IMG/VR virus record: IMGVR_UViG_3300020049_011574
Span: 452-64,451 of that record
Reading direction: 5' to 3' (one strand)
Origin: a virus
Taxonomy: Duplodnaviria; Caudoviricetes
Length of the DNA: 64,000 nucleotides
Both the position numbers and the translations under genes were made by a program. Of this stretch, positions 56,600 to 64,000 are shown piece after piece (position 1 is the first letter of the stretch; each line of letters starts with the position of its first letter). Under the pieces are notes generated by a model. That model did no database searches. It had not been told where the DNA came from and saw nothing but the letters and a program-made list of their open reading frames with translations.

Positions 56600-56602
56600 G
56601 AT

Positions 56603-58489
56603 TTATCCCTTCATCAAAGCTTTTAAAGTATTGTTTAAAATAGTTTCTGGTATCGAATGTACCATAGAAACGCAATCATTTGTTGTTGACTTACCAAAAA
56701 ACACTTCTCTAGCACGTTCAACAAGGGCATCGGCAAGTATATGCCAAGCATTCATTCGTTCTTCTTTAGTAGCGAGAGGATATGCTGCTTCTGTAAGTCG
56801 CATAAACTGTTTATTTAGGCCAGAAAGCGGAGCAACGAACAATGAAGCGTTATCTTCGCCTACTTTTTGAGCAAATTCCTCCACTTTATCTAATTGTCCT
56901 ATTTCAGCTACATCTACAGCCCTAAATTCCTTTTGTAGTTCTTTATAAACAGGTTTATTAGTAGCACTTAAAAGTCTCGCACCAGCACGTTCACACATAC
57001 GATAAACAGTGAAATCGGCAATAAGACCTAATTGTGTCTTATATTCGTTCTCAATATCTTGTTCTGTAATAACTGAAGCTTTAACATTAGCAGGAGTTTG
57101 AGCAGTTTCAACCGGAGCAGTACCTTGCATCTCTGCATCAAGACCACAACCAAGCCGAATCTCCTCATCACTAACAGACATAGGAGCAACCTGGCGCATT
57201 TTTAAAAGTTTATCGCAATTATCAGGAGGAGCAATAAGTTTAGAATTATCCCAACCAACAACAATTTGAGAATATTCATCTTCACTAAAATCTAGGCCAG
57301 CAAGATCATCATAAAGCACAAATTCGGTAAGAGCTTCCGCAATAATCTCACACATAGGATCATAAATGTTACGAAACTCTTCTTGGCTGATCTGTTGGAC
57401 GTTATGAACACCCTGATAAAACTTAGCTTGATTCTGCCCTAAAAGCTTTTCCGCAGGATAAGGCGAAGCAATAGCAATACGATAACGAACATCGTCAATA
57501 GATTTGGAAATACCAGGATCTAACTGTCTAGCAATCTCAATCCACTCGATCATCTGGACATCAGAATCTAAAGCCACCGTCAAAGGCTGAATACGAGACA
57601 AACCATCAAGGGTTTGAGCAGAATCAGCCACAAAAGCAGCCATCTGATCTACAAGCTGTTCAGAAAAAACAGGTTTTTCTTTTTCACCGTCTTCTTCATC
57701 AGTCTCATTAGTATGTTCACCATTATCTGGTGCAGGATCTTGATCCGCAGGAACAACAATAATACCAGCATTAAGCTGAGACAAAGCAGTAGCAGCAAGA
57801 GCCTGATAGAACTGATCTAAACGGCGCACATCAGGAAGAAGACTTTCAGCCCAACTATCAGCAGAAGTCGGATCGTTAAAGCGAGGATTCCAAAGACGAC
57901 AAATCTTATATCTATTTCTGATTTTGTAAGGTTTAGCTTGTCTATCGCTAAATTTTACTTCGAGCATTTGCTCATCAGTATTAAGATCGAGATCAATAAT
58001 ATTTACGTTGGCTCGAGGAAGAGTAATCCACATTTCTCTAGCATTTTTTTTGTTAGAAGGTTCAGCGGTATAAGGATCTCCATAATAGGCTAGAAGCCAG
58101 GTGTCGGCAACAATAGCTAAAGCTCCACTAATCGAAGCAATGATTTGGCTTTGTTTTCCAGTAGCACCTTTTACTCTTTCTAAAGAGTTGATAGCTGCTT
58201 CAGCCAGATCAGAATTAACGCCATCTATAGGAGTGCCATCAGTTTGTAAAAGTTTCTTACCATTTTTTAAAGTTGGGATAAAAGAAACACGGCTCATAGC
58301 GTTAGCTACAGAACGTCCAATATGTCCTAACTCAGGTGATCTAAAAAACCACTCCCAGATAGTGAGATCATTCTCATTTACTGGAGGTAGCTGGATTCTA
58401 GTCCCAGAACGAGGCTTATATACTTGCGCTGAAGCTTTAAGTTGTTTCGGATTGACCTTCTTAGGCTCAACCACTTTTTGCTTAACCAT
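56603..58489 (-). CDS. Portal protein
   Basis: 628 aa downstream of terminase; ANAMSRV and RLWNPR...ADS motifs of actinophage portals. Confidence 0.8.
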   Translation of the reverse strand: MVKQKVVEPKKVNPKQLKASAQVYKPRSGTRIQLPPVNENDLTIWEWFFRSPELGHIGRSVANAMSRVSFIPTLKNGKKLLQTDGTPIDGVNSDLAEAAINSLERVKGATGKQSQIIASISGALAIVADTWLLAYYGDPYTAEPSNKKNAREMWITLPRANVNIIDLDLNTDEQMLEVKFSDRQAKPYKIRNRYKICRLWNPRFNDPTSADSWAESLLPDVRRLDQFYQALAATALSQLNAGIIVVPADQDPAPDNGEHTNETDEEDGEKEKPVFSEQLVDQMAAFVADSAQTLDGLSRIQPLTVALDSDVQMIEWIEIARQLDPGISKSIDDVRYRIAIASPYPAEKLLGQNQAKFYQGVHNVQQISQEEFRNIYDPMCEIIAEALTEFVLYDDLAGLDFSEDEYSQIVVGWDNSKLIAPPDNCDKLLKMRQVAPMSVSDEEIRLGCGLDAEMQGTAPVETAQTPANVKASVITEQDIENEYKTQLGLIADFTVYRMCERAGARLLSATNKPVYKELQKEFRAVDVAEIGQLDKVEEFAQKVGEDNASLFVAPLSGLNKQFMRLTEAAYPLATKEERMNAWHILADALVERAREVFFGKSTTNDCVSMVHSIPETILNNTLKALMKG

Positions 58490-58863
58490 TAGTGAACCTC
58501 ACCATAAATAAAACTAACAATAAAAGCAGAACCAAAGAAAAGGTTAAAAATAGTCATCGGTATAGGAAACAAAAGCGTAAGAAGAAGAATTAAAGACGTA
58601 GACCAGAAAGGCAAACACCATTGGCAGCTAAACTGTACCCTCAGAAACTTTACGATCTTACCAGGAGCAGGATATAGATTTTTTGTCTTTGGGTCAGTCA
58701 TGTTCTCTTGCTCTATATCATGGTTGCCTTCAGGCTTTTTCTTTAGCAACCAATTGCGCAAAGGTCTAGTAATCTTATCTTCCAATTCCAAAACAGCCCA
58801 TCTCAGGCTGGAAAGAATAAACAGTGCAAATTGCACATATCCGTTAGTCAATAGGTCTATCAT
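58489..58863 (-). CDS. DUF1360-family membrane protein
   Basis: D.ITRPLR and FSCQWCLPFW motifs. Confidence 0.75.
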   Translation of the reverse strand: MIDLLTNGYVQFALFILSSLRWAVLELEDKITRPLRNWLLKKKPEGNHDIEQENMTDPKTKNLYPAPGKIVKFLRVQFSCQWCLPFWSTSLILLLTLLFPIPMTIFNLFFGSAFIVSFIYGEVH

Positions 58864-58945
58864 GTCGTAAGCTTTCTTACTAGGTAGTGAAGCATGGGTG
58901 TTTAATCCAAGTTACATTGGAATAAGTTAAAAGTACTATAGCAGT

Positions 58946-59563
58946 TTATTCTTGCGAATTGTCTGATAACGCTTCTGCCAACTCTTCATCTGTTCCGCCT
59001 GTAACGGAATCTAATTTTTCTAAAGATATAGAATTTACGAATGTTCTCAACTCGTTTGCTGTGCATCCACACCACTCTTTCTGATAGCTAGCGATAATTT
59101 TAAAGCCGCTTAAAAAGAAAACAAATTTACCTGTCTCTTCAATATCGCCTTTTCTTCTTTCGTTTTCGTGGACTCGCGCATCAAAAGATTCCATTTTTTG
59201 TAGCAGACCACCAACGAGGGTTCTACCGCTGACTCTTAAAATGACTACACGATCAGTAGATTCAATGAGTGCTGTTCCGACAATGATACTTCCGTCAACA
59301 TCGGTAACAGTAAGTTCTTCTTTACCAACATAACGGTTAAATGGCCCTTGTACTTCTTGAATTTTTATTTCGCCACCAGGCAGGTAGTATGCCCCGTTTT
59401 GGGAAACCATGCTTCCTGGGAATTTCTTATATACTTTAGGGGAAGCTTCGAGATAGACGACTTCAGCATAATGCTCACCTGTCGGCTCTTGTTTTGTAGA
59501 CACTTCAACGTATGAAAGTACTCCGTTTTCTTCGATGACACCTGTCATTTTGCTTATAATCAT
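58946..59563 (-). CDS. Hypothetical protein
   Basis: 205 aa, coupled to terL. Confidence 0.65.
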   Translation of the reverse strand: MIISKMTGVIEENGVLSYVEVSTKQEPTGEHYAEVVYLEASPKVYKKFPGSMVSQNGAYYLPGGEIKIQEVQGPFNRYVGKEELTVTDVDGSIIVGTALIESTDRVVILRVSGRTLVGGLLQKMESFDARVHENERRKGDIEETGKFVFFLSGFKIIASYQKEWCGCTANELRTFVNSISLEKLDSVTGGTDEELAEALSDNSQE

Positions 59564-60897
59564 TACCTAACCAGCTTTCTTGTGTTTGTTGTACCAATTC
59601 TGCTCAACCTTGGAAGGATTATTTGAGCAGGTCTTCTTTTCTTCCCTAATAAATATCGTATCGCATGAGATAACGCATCAGCACGGTCTATTAGTCCTTT
59701 AGCGGATTTACCAGGCTTTGGCGGTTCCCATGAGATCATTTGTAGTTCGAGGTCGGCGAAAACTTCCGCATGGAATACTCGGTGTTGTTCGTAGAACATT
59801 GCTGCCGAAGCGAGACGGTCAGGTTTAGAGTTTATAGCTCGTATAGTTTTTACTTTTACCATAGGGTCGCGTTGGTTTATGGCATCTACAACTATGTCTC
59901 CACCTTGGTTGCTCTCTACAAGTATTGGGAATCCTGTACGGTGGCTTTCGCGTATTGCTTTCCATGCCCATTCGTCAATGTTCATTTTGCCTGATAAGTC
60001 TTTGTGGATAAATGCTTGTTCTCCTAATGCTGATGCTACGATCATGCCTGTTTCGTCGGAGTCTTCTGAGTTTGTTACGGCAGGGTCTATGGCTATGACA
60101 CCTCTGTCCCATTTGTAGTCTTCTAGGTCTTTTGCGCTTTCTAGGTGGAGTATATCGTCGTCTCGCCAGATAGCACCTTCCATTTGCTCTAGATATTCGC
60201 CCAATATCTCTTGTTTCCACATGTTTGTACCTTTATAGGTAGTTTCAAGGGATCTTAAGAACGTAGGGGCTAAATTATCCTTATTGTCATAAGTTGTACT
60301 AGTACTAATGTAAGTATCTTCATATTTCTCAATTTCCTTCATAATAGAACTACGTTGAGGCGTAGAAGTAATCACTATCTGAGGATGCTGACCCTCACGA
60401 ACACAAGCAATAGCATTACGCCAAGTATCTCGCTCATATTTCCAAGAAGAAATCTCATCAAACCAAGCACAATCAACAGAGAAACCACGAATAGATTCAG
60501 GTTCTTCAGAAGTCAGAATTTTAGCTTCTGCTCCATTCTCCCAAATTACTTTACTTTCAGAAGACAAAAACCTCGCAGTAGGACAAGCAGCCAAAATACC
60601 ACTTGGCCCTTTCACCATAATATCGCGAGCATTGGAAGCATTCTTACCCACTAGGAGCAAACTTCGTCTTCCTTCTATTTCTACCTGTTTGCGAATCCAT
60701 TCTGAACATGAACGAGTTTTACCCGCACCACGACCAGCCCTATATACCCAATATGTCCAACTATTGTCCGAAGGGGGTATTTGTGCAGGTCTTGCAGTCA
60801 TCAACCATTCGATCTCACGTTTTAATTCAGGAGAAGCTTGATCCAATACCTCTTGTAAAGCTTTAGGATCTGCTAAGAGTTCTTCGAGACTACCCAT
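59563..60897 (-). CDS. terL: Terminase large subunit
   Basis: AGRGAGKTR Walker A, AWFDE Walker B, VIAIDPA...SDETG nuclease motif, DRADALS. Confidence 0.97.
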   Translation of the reverse strand: MGSLEELLADPKALQEVLDQASPELKREIEWLMTARPAQIPPSDNSWTYWVYRAGRGAGKTRSCSEWIRKQVEIEGRRSLLLVGKNASNARDIMVKGPSGILAACPTARFLSSESKVIWENGAEAKILTSEEPESIRGFSVDCAWFDEISSWKYERDTWRNAIACVREGQHPQIVITSTPQRSSIMKEIEKYEDTYISTSTTYDNKDNLAPTFLRSLETTYKGTNMWKQEILGEYLEQMEGAIWRDDDILHLESAKDLEDYKWDRGVIAIDPAVTNSEDSDETGMIVASALGEQAFIHKDLSGKMNIDEWAWKAIRESHRTGFPILVESNQGGDIVVDAINQRDPMVKVKTIRAINSKPDRLASAAMFYEQHRVFHAEVFADLELQMISWEPPKPGKSAKGLIDRADALSHAIRYLLGKKRRPAQIILPRLSRIGTTNTRKLVR

Positions 60898-61432
60898 TTG
60901 GCTCTTCTTCAGCTTCTTCTACAACTTCAGCATCAAGAGTTGGTTGTACTGGTTCTTGTTTGGCTTGTGTGAAGAAATCTATAAGACGTTTTGCTGTATC
61001 ATCCGCCTTAGTATTGTCTGTTATTTCAAGTTCTCGCTTCTCAGGCATCTTGATAGCATAAATATCACCAAGCTCTTTTGTTGTTTGGCGGTATTCTTTT
61101 AATATGGCGAGTTTATCCATACGGTTTTTGGGTGAACTTACACCTTCAGCCATTTCGTCTAATTCGCGTAAAACCTTCAAATGTCGTTCTACGGCCAAAT
61201 CTCTCTGGATGTTAACGTCAGTTTCGGACGGCCTGTGCGACTTTACACCTAAATCTATAGCTTTGTTATACTCTGGGCGAGATATAGCCAATTCTTCTAA
61301 TATCATCTCTTCGTTATAGCCACGAACCTTCAATTCCCACACATTGTGAAATATTAACTTTTCTTGTTCGGACATAGCTCTTTTTTCATCGGCCAGCTCG
61401 ATTGCTACCGAAATGTTCTTTTCAGCATCCAT
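60890..61432 (-). CDS. terS: Terminase small subunit (probable)
   Basis: HTH-like N-terminus, helical body; directly upstream of terL. Confidence 0.65.
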   Translation of the reverse strand: MDAEKNISVAIELADEKRAMSEQEKLIFHNVWELKVRGYNEEMILEELAISRPEYNKAIDLGVKSHRPSETDVNIQRDLAVERHLKVLRELDEMAEGVSSPKNRMDKLAILKEYRQTTKELGDIYAIKMPEKRELEITDNTKADDTAKRLIDFFTQAKQEPVQPTLDAEVVEEAEEEPNG

Positions 61433-61434
61433 AA

Positions 61435-61659
61435 TTATTTACCGTAATGAGCATTTACTATTTTTGCGACTATCGAACTCATAGATTCTTTTTTCTCTTT
61501 AGAATCTCTTTGAATATCGTGATATGTTTCCCGTGAAACATAGGTAGCTAAATGTTTATAGCCTGGCTGTTGTGGTTGTCGCCTAGTACCGCCTCTTGTA
61601 GAGGAGGTAGTTACTGTTACGGAAATGACGTTTTCTTCTTCTAATTCCATATGTGACAA
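61435..61659 (-). CDS. Ribbon-helix-helix-like DNA-binding protein
   Basis: HLATYVSRETYHDIQ...KESMSSIVAKIV. Confidence 0.55.
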   Translation of the reverse strand: MSHMELEEENVISVTVTTSSTRGGTRRQPQQPGYKHLATYVSRETYHDIQRDSKEKKESMSSIVAKIVNAHYGK

Positions 61660-61754
61660 TATAACACAGTTAGGGCGTTTTTTGTTTTATAACTAAGAGT
61701 GAACTTAATCATTTAATGTTATACTATTTTAAAATTATATGATAGAGTTTCCCT

Positions 61755-61979
61755 ATGAGTAAAACGTATTGCCGCTTTTGCGATGAACATTTCGAAGGTT
61801 TATACCTAGAATGTCCAGATTGTGAGAACTGGCTTTCACCTTACCCTAAGCCAAAAGAAAAAAAGATTATACACAATAAACCCACAAACAGACAACAAAT
61901 AACTATTCCCTTTGGAACTTCAATAAAAGATTCACTAATCGTAAAAAATATAAAGGAAAAAAATGCAAGACGACACTAA
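61755..61979 (+). CDS. Zinc-ribbon protein
   Basis: YCRFC...ECPDC. Confidence 0.65.
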   Translation: MSKTYCRFCDEHFEGLYLECPDCENWLSPYPKPKEKKIIHNKPTNRQQITIPFGTSIKDSLIVKNIKEKNARRH

Positions 61980-62247
61980 ATGGGTAAAACAAATGAAACG
62001 CGAACTATCAGGTACACGCTTTCAAGGATCAGTAAACGACCTATTTGCCCAATACGCACAACGTAGTGCTTGGAAAAACCCTAAAAAGAACCGGATGGAT
62101 AAACATGGCCGAAATATTACATATGTTGGTATTCCTCAAGAACACAAAGATATGGTTGAGGGCTATGTTAAACAAGCAGCTAAAGAGATTAAAGAGCTTA
62201 AAAAGAAGCTTGAAATTTTAGAAACTAAGGAATCTGTTAATGCGTAA
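61963..62247 (+). CDS. Hypothetical protein
   Basis: 94 aa. Confidence 0.65.
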   Translation: MQDDTKWVKQMKRELSGTRFQGSVNDLFAQYAQRSAWKNPKKNRMDKHGRNITYVGIPQEHKDMVEGYVKQAAKEIKELKKKLEILETKESVNA

Positions 62248-62455
62248 AGTGGAAGAAGTTTACCCAATAACAACCATTGATTATCCTGATGGCAGCCAAA
62301 TGCAAACTGTCCAGTTTAAACATATGGATCAATATACCGCTCCTATTTCTTTAGAGGCTTTTAAGCATTGGATGGGGGGTCAAACTGTTTGCGAGGATGG
62401 TTATTATTTGGGTGATGTTGAACGCTGGTTAAATAATCAGAAGGTAGTGGACTGA
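62240..62455 (+). CDS. Hypothetical protein
   Basis: 71 aa; FKHWMGGQT...YYLGDVERWL. Confidence 0.65.
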   Translation: MRKVEEVYPITTIDYPDGSQMQTVQFKHMDQYTAPISLEAFKHWMGGQTVCEDGYYLGDVERWLNNQKVVD

Positions 62456-62799
62456 TGACTGATCGTGCTATTTATGTAGGGAGTCGAATTGTCGGCAAAC
62501 GAGATATTCAAATGCGATGGATTGAACAATACCTAGCTGAAGGTAAATCTGTAAAACTTGTTAGCGCTAAAGGTGTTGAAGAGTTTTATCCTGACGGAAC
62601 TATTATCCGTAAACCTTTAGAACAATACGGTCTACCTGCCGAAAATATTACTAAAGATGAATTTATTAGCTTTAAGATGCCGTCTAAGTGGAAGCGTTAC
62701 GTTTCTTGGCAATTGGATTCCGCTCCTGGCCTTTTGACATTAATTTTTCTCCCTGATCTAGTGATTCTTGGGATATTGATTGCGAAGTCTTTCTTTTGA
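62455..62799 (+). CDS. Hypothetical protein with C-terminal TM helix
   Basis: 114 aa. Confidence 0.6.
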   Translation: MTDRAIYVGSRIVGKRDIQMRWIEQYLAEGKSVKLVSAKGVEEFYPDGTIIRKPLEQYGLPAENITKDEFISFKMPSKWKRYVSWQLDSAPGLLTLIFLPDLVILGILIAKSFF

Positions 62800-63004
62800 A
62801 CTCTTTATCCAAATCTTTAAGCTTACGTTTCTGGGAGGTAAGATGAAACTTTTTGCATGCAGGACAACTATAAAACGATTGAGAACTAATATGAGGATTT
62901 TTACGATCTTTAATGCGTTTAAGTTTTGCAAGAGCATAGGTAGCTTGGGCGGCAGTATCGTAGACGAGTTTGTTATCACAGACTTTTCTTCTTGTTCGCC
63001 CCAT
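62684..63004 (-). CDS. Small Zn-finger phage protein
   Basis: C..K..Y.T...A..AL...Y.CP.C..FHLTS motif common in actinophages. Confidence 0.7.
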   Translation of the reverse strand: MGRTRRKVCDNKLVYDTAAQATYALAKLKRIKDRKNPHISSQSFYSCPACKKFHLTSQKRKLKDLDKEFKRKTSQSISQESLDQGEKLMSKGQERNPIAKKRNAST

Positions 63005-63027
63005 GCGGTCAGTGTATCATAAGCTTA

Positions 63028-63164
63028 TGGTTGAAGAGAAGAAAAAACATTTTTGCCGGTTGTGTGGTAAGCCTATTAAGAAGGGTATTGCTTGTAGGTT
63101 GTGTGAGCAGAGTTTGACTCCTTCTGAGTATGTTGGAGATCAATGGAGAAGGAGAAGAAGATAA
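63028..63164 (+). CDS. Small Zn-ribbon protein
   Basis: CRLCGKPIKKGIACRLC; probable ATG at 63028 within track ORF 62970..63164. Confidence 0.55.
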
Positions 63165-63395
63165 ATGTTAGAGAACCTATTGACTTTAGTTACGCATTTT
63201 AGAACCAAGGAAAAAAATTTTTCTGAGACGGCTGTTTATTCGGCGGCTTGTGAGGGTTATTTGTTGGGTGTTCGTACTACTCGTGAGCGTCTTGTTGAGA
63301 TTGCTAAGGGAAGCACTGGGGTTTTGCCTGGTGATATTAGTGTAGAAATCCATAATAAGTTGAAGGCTATTGCGGAGGATCAGCACGATGTCTAA
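63165..63395 (+). CDS. Hypothetical protein
   Basis: 76 aa. Confidence 0.6.
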   Translation: MLENLLTLVTHFRTKEKNFSETAVYSAACEGYLLGVRTTRERLVEIAKGSTGVLPGDISVEIHNKLKAIAEDQHDV

Positions 63396-63723
63396 GAAAT
63401 TGAAAGTTGTTTTACAAGATGATACTTACGAATGGCTTTTGCGTGTTTGTGATTTTTTAGATGTTGATCGTAAGTATGAGTCTGATATTCTTGCGACAAT
63501 TGTTGATATGGCTCGTATTGAGGGGATGGTCAAGTTACCTGCTCAACCTTTTAGTGCTTCATATATTTTGCCTGATGACCATACGTCTACTCCAATTCCT
63601 CTAGATGAGGGTAGTTTGACTAATAATGGGCTTGGGGAGCTTACTGGTACTCATAAGGGTGTTGATCTTCCTTCTGGTTCTTTGGTTTTTATGTATGGAA
63701 GATTTGTTGGGGTGATTAAATGA
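63388..63723 (+). CDS. Hypothetical protein
   Basis: Track ORF 63370..63723; probable ATG at about 63388. Confidence 0.6.
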   Translation: MSKKLKVVLQDDTYEWLLRVCDFLDVDRKYESDILATIVDMARIEGMVKLPAQPFSASYILPDDHTSTPIPLDEGSLTNNGLGELTGTHKGVDLPSGSLVFMYGRFVGVIK

Positions 63724-64000
63724 ATAAAGATTTAGTGAGGTGTAGTGGTATTAGGACTTCTTGGCCTTATAAAGGTTCTCCTTGTGGAGCTTGGGGAAAG
63801 TATGAGGTTGGCGGGAAGTTATATTGTGGTCAGCATTTTGCTACTGCTTGTTTGGTAGCTGCGAGTTCCGCAAAGATCGCAGAAGAAGAATTAGATGCAA
63901 TTTGCACGCGAGTGCAGGAGCTACGAATCGAAATAGTTCAAATCAACGAAACTATCGGACGCATGTTTGAAAAAGGAAATATCACTGCAGACATGATCGT
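63720..64000 (+). CDS. Hypothetical C3H Zn-finger protein, 3'-truncated by the window edge
   Basis: MNKDLVRCSGIRTSWPYKGSPCG...YCGQHF...; open to base 64000. Confidence 0.65.
   Translation, partial: MNKDLVRCSGIRTSWPYKGSPCGAWGKYEVGGKLYCGQHFATACLVAASSAKIAEEELDAICTRVQELRIEIVQINETIGRMFEKGNITADMI

Noticed and set aside
29518-58511. Long antisense and alternate-frame ORFs in the late operon (e.g. 29518..30024, 37865..38320, 52001..52765, 58101..58511)
   Set aside because: They are shadows of T-ending codon bias, with low-complexity translations and no RBS or motifs.
1-64000. Stop-codon reassignment
   Set aside because: Core genes are intact under the standard code, and all three stop codons terminate genes.

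Overview
The window is most or all of a low-GC (roughly 35-40% by eye) long-tailed dsDNA phage (siphovirus-like) genome. An actinobacterial host is inferred from two tandem WhiB genes, an Rv1830/McdR-like MerR regulator, an Ssd/CpaE-like protein, an actinophage-type holin and portal/capsid module, and AGAAAGG-type ribosome binding sites. Layout: small-gene cassette array (1-1.8 kb); AT-rich control region (2.25-2.7 kb); early genes including an ArdC N-domain, a beta-clamp-like protein, a membrane-anchored transglycosylase and an SNF2 helicase (2.7-10.5 kb); ERF/SSB/exonuclease recombination module (11-15.3 kb, minus strand); second transglycosylase and membrane cassette (15.6-18.1 kb); replication initiator and DnaB (18.3-20.9 kb); middle genes, tRNAs, RusA, holin and WhiBs (21-28.4 kb); a long minus-strand virion/lysis operon from terminase to endolysin (28.4-61.7 kb); small plus-strand genes to the end. 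I saw no integrase, DNA polymerase, reverse transcriptase or CRISPR array. Strongest observations: (1) a promoter followed by a ~100-nt leader with two interlaced 13-15 bp helices (RNA switch or pseudoknot) directly in front of the RBS of the replication operon; (2) an initiator-type tRNA-Met split in its anticodon arm by an HNH endonuclease gene that uses the tRNA 3' half as its stop; (3) a strand-composition bias independent of gene direction, which flips near 2.9 kb and at 59-62 kb, including inside terL; (4) two or three classes of start-associated repeats; (5) a set of host cell-division regulator homologues. All calls are by eye; no searches or folding programs were run.
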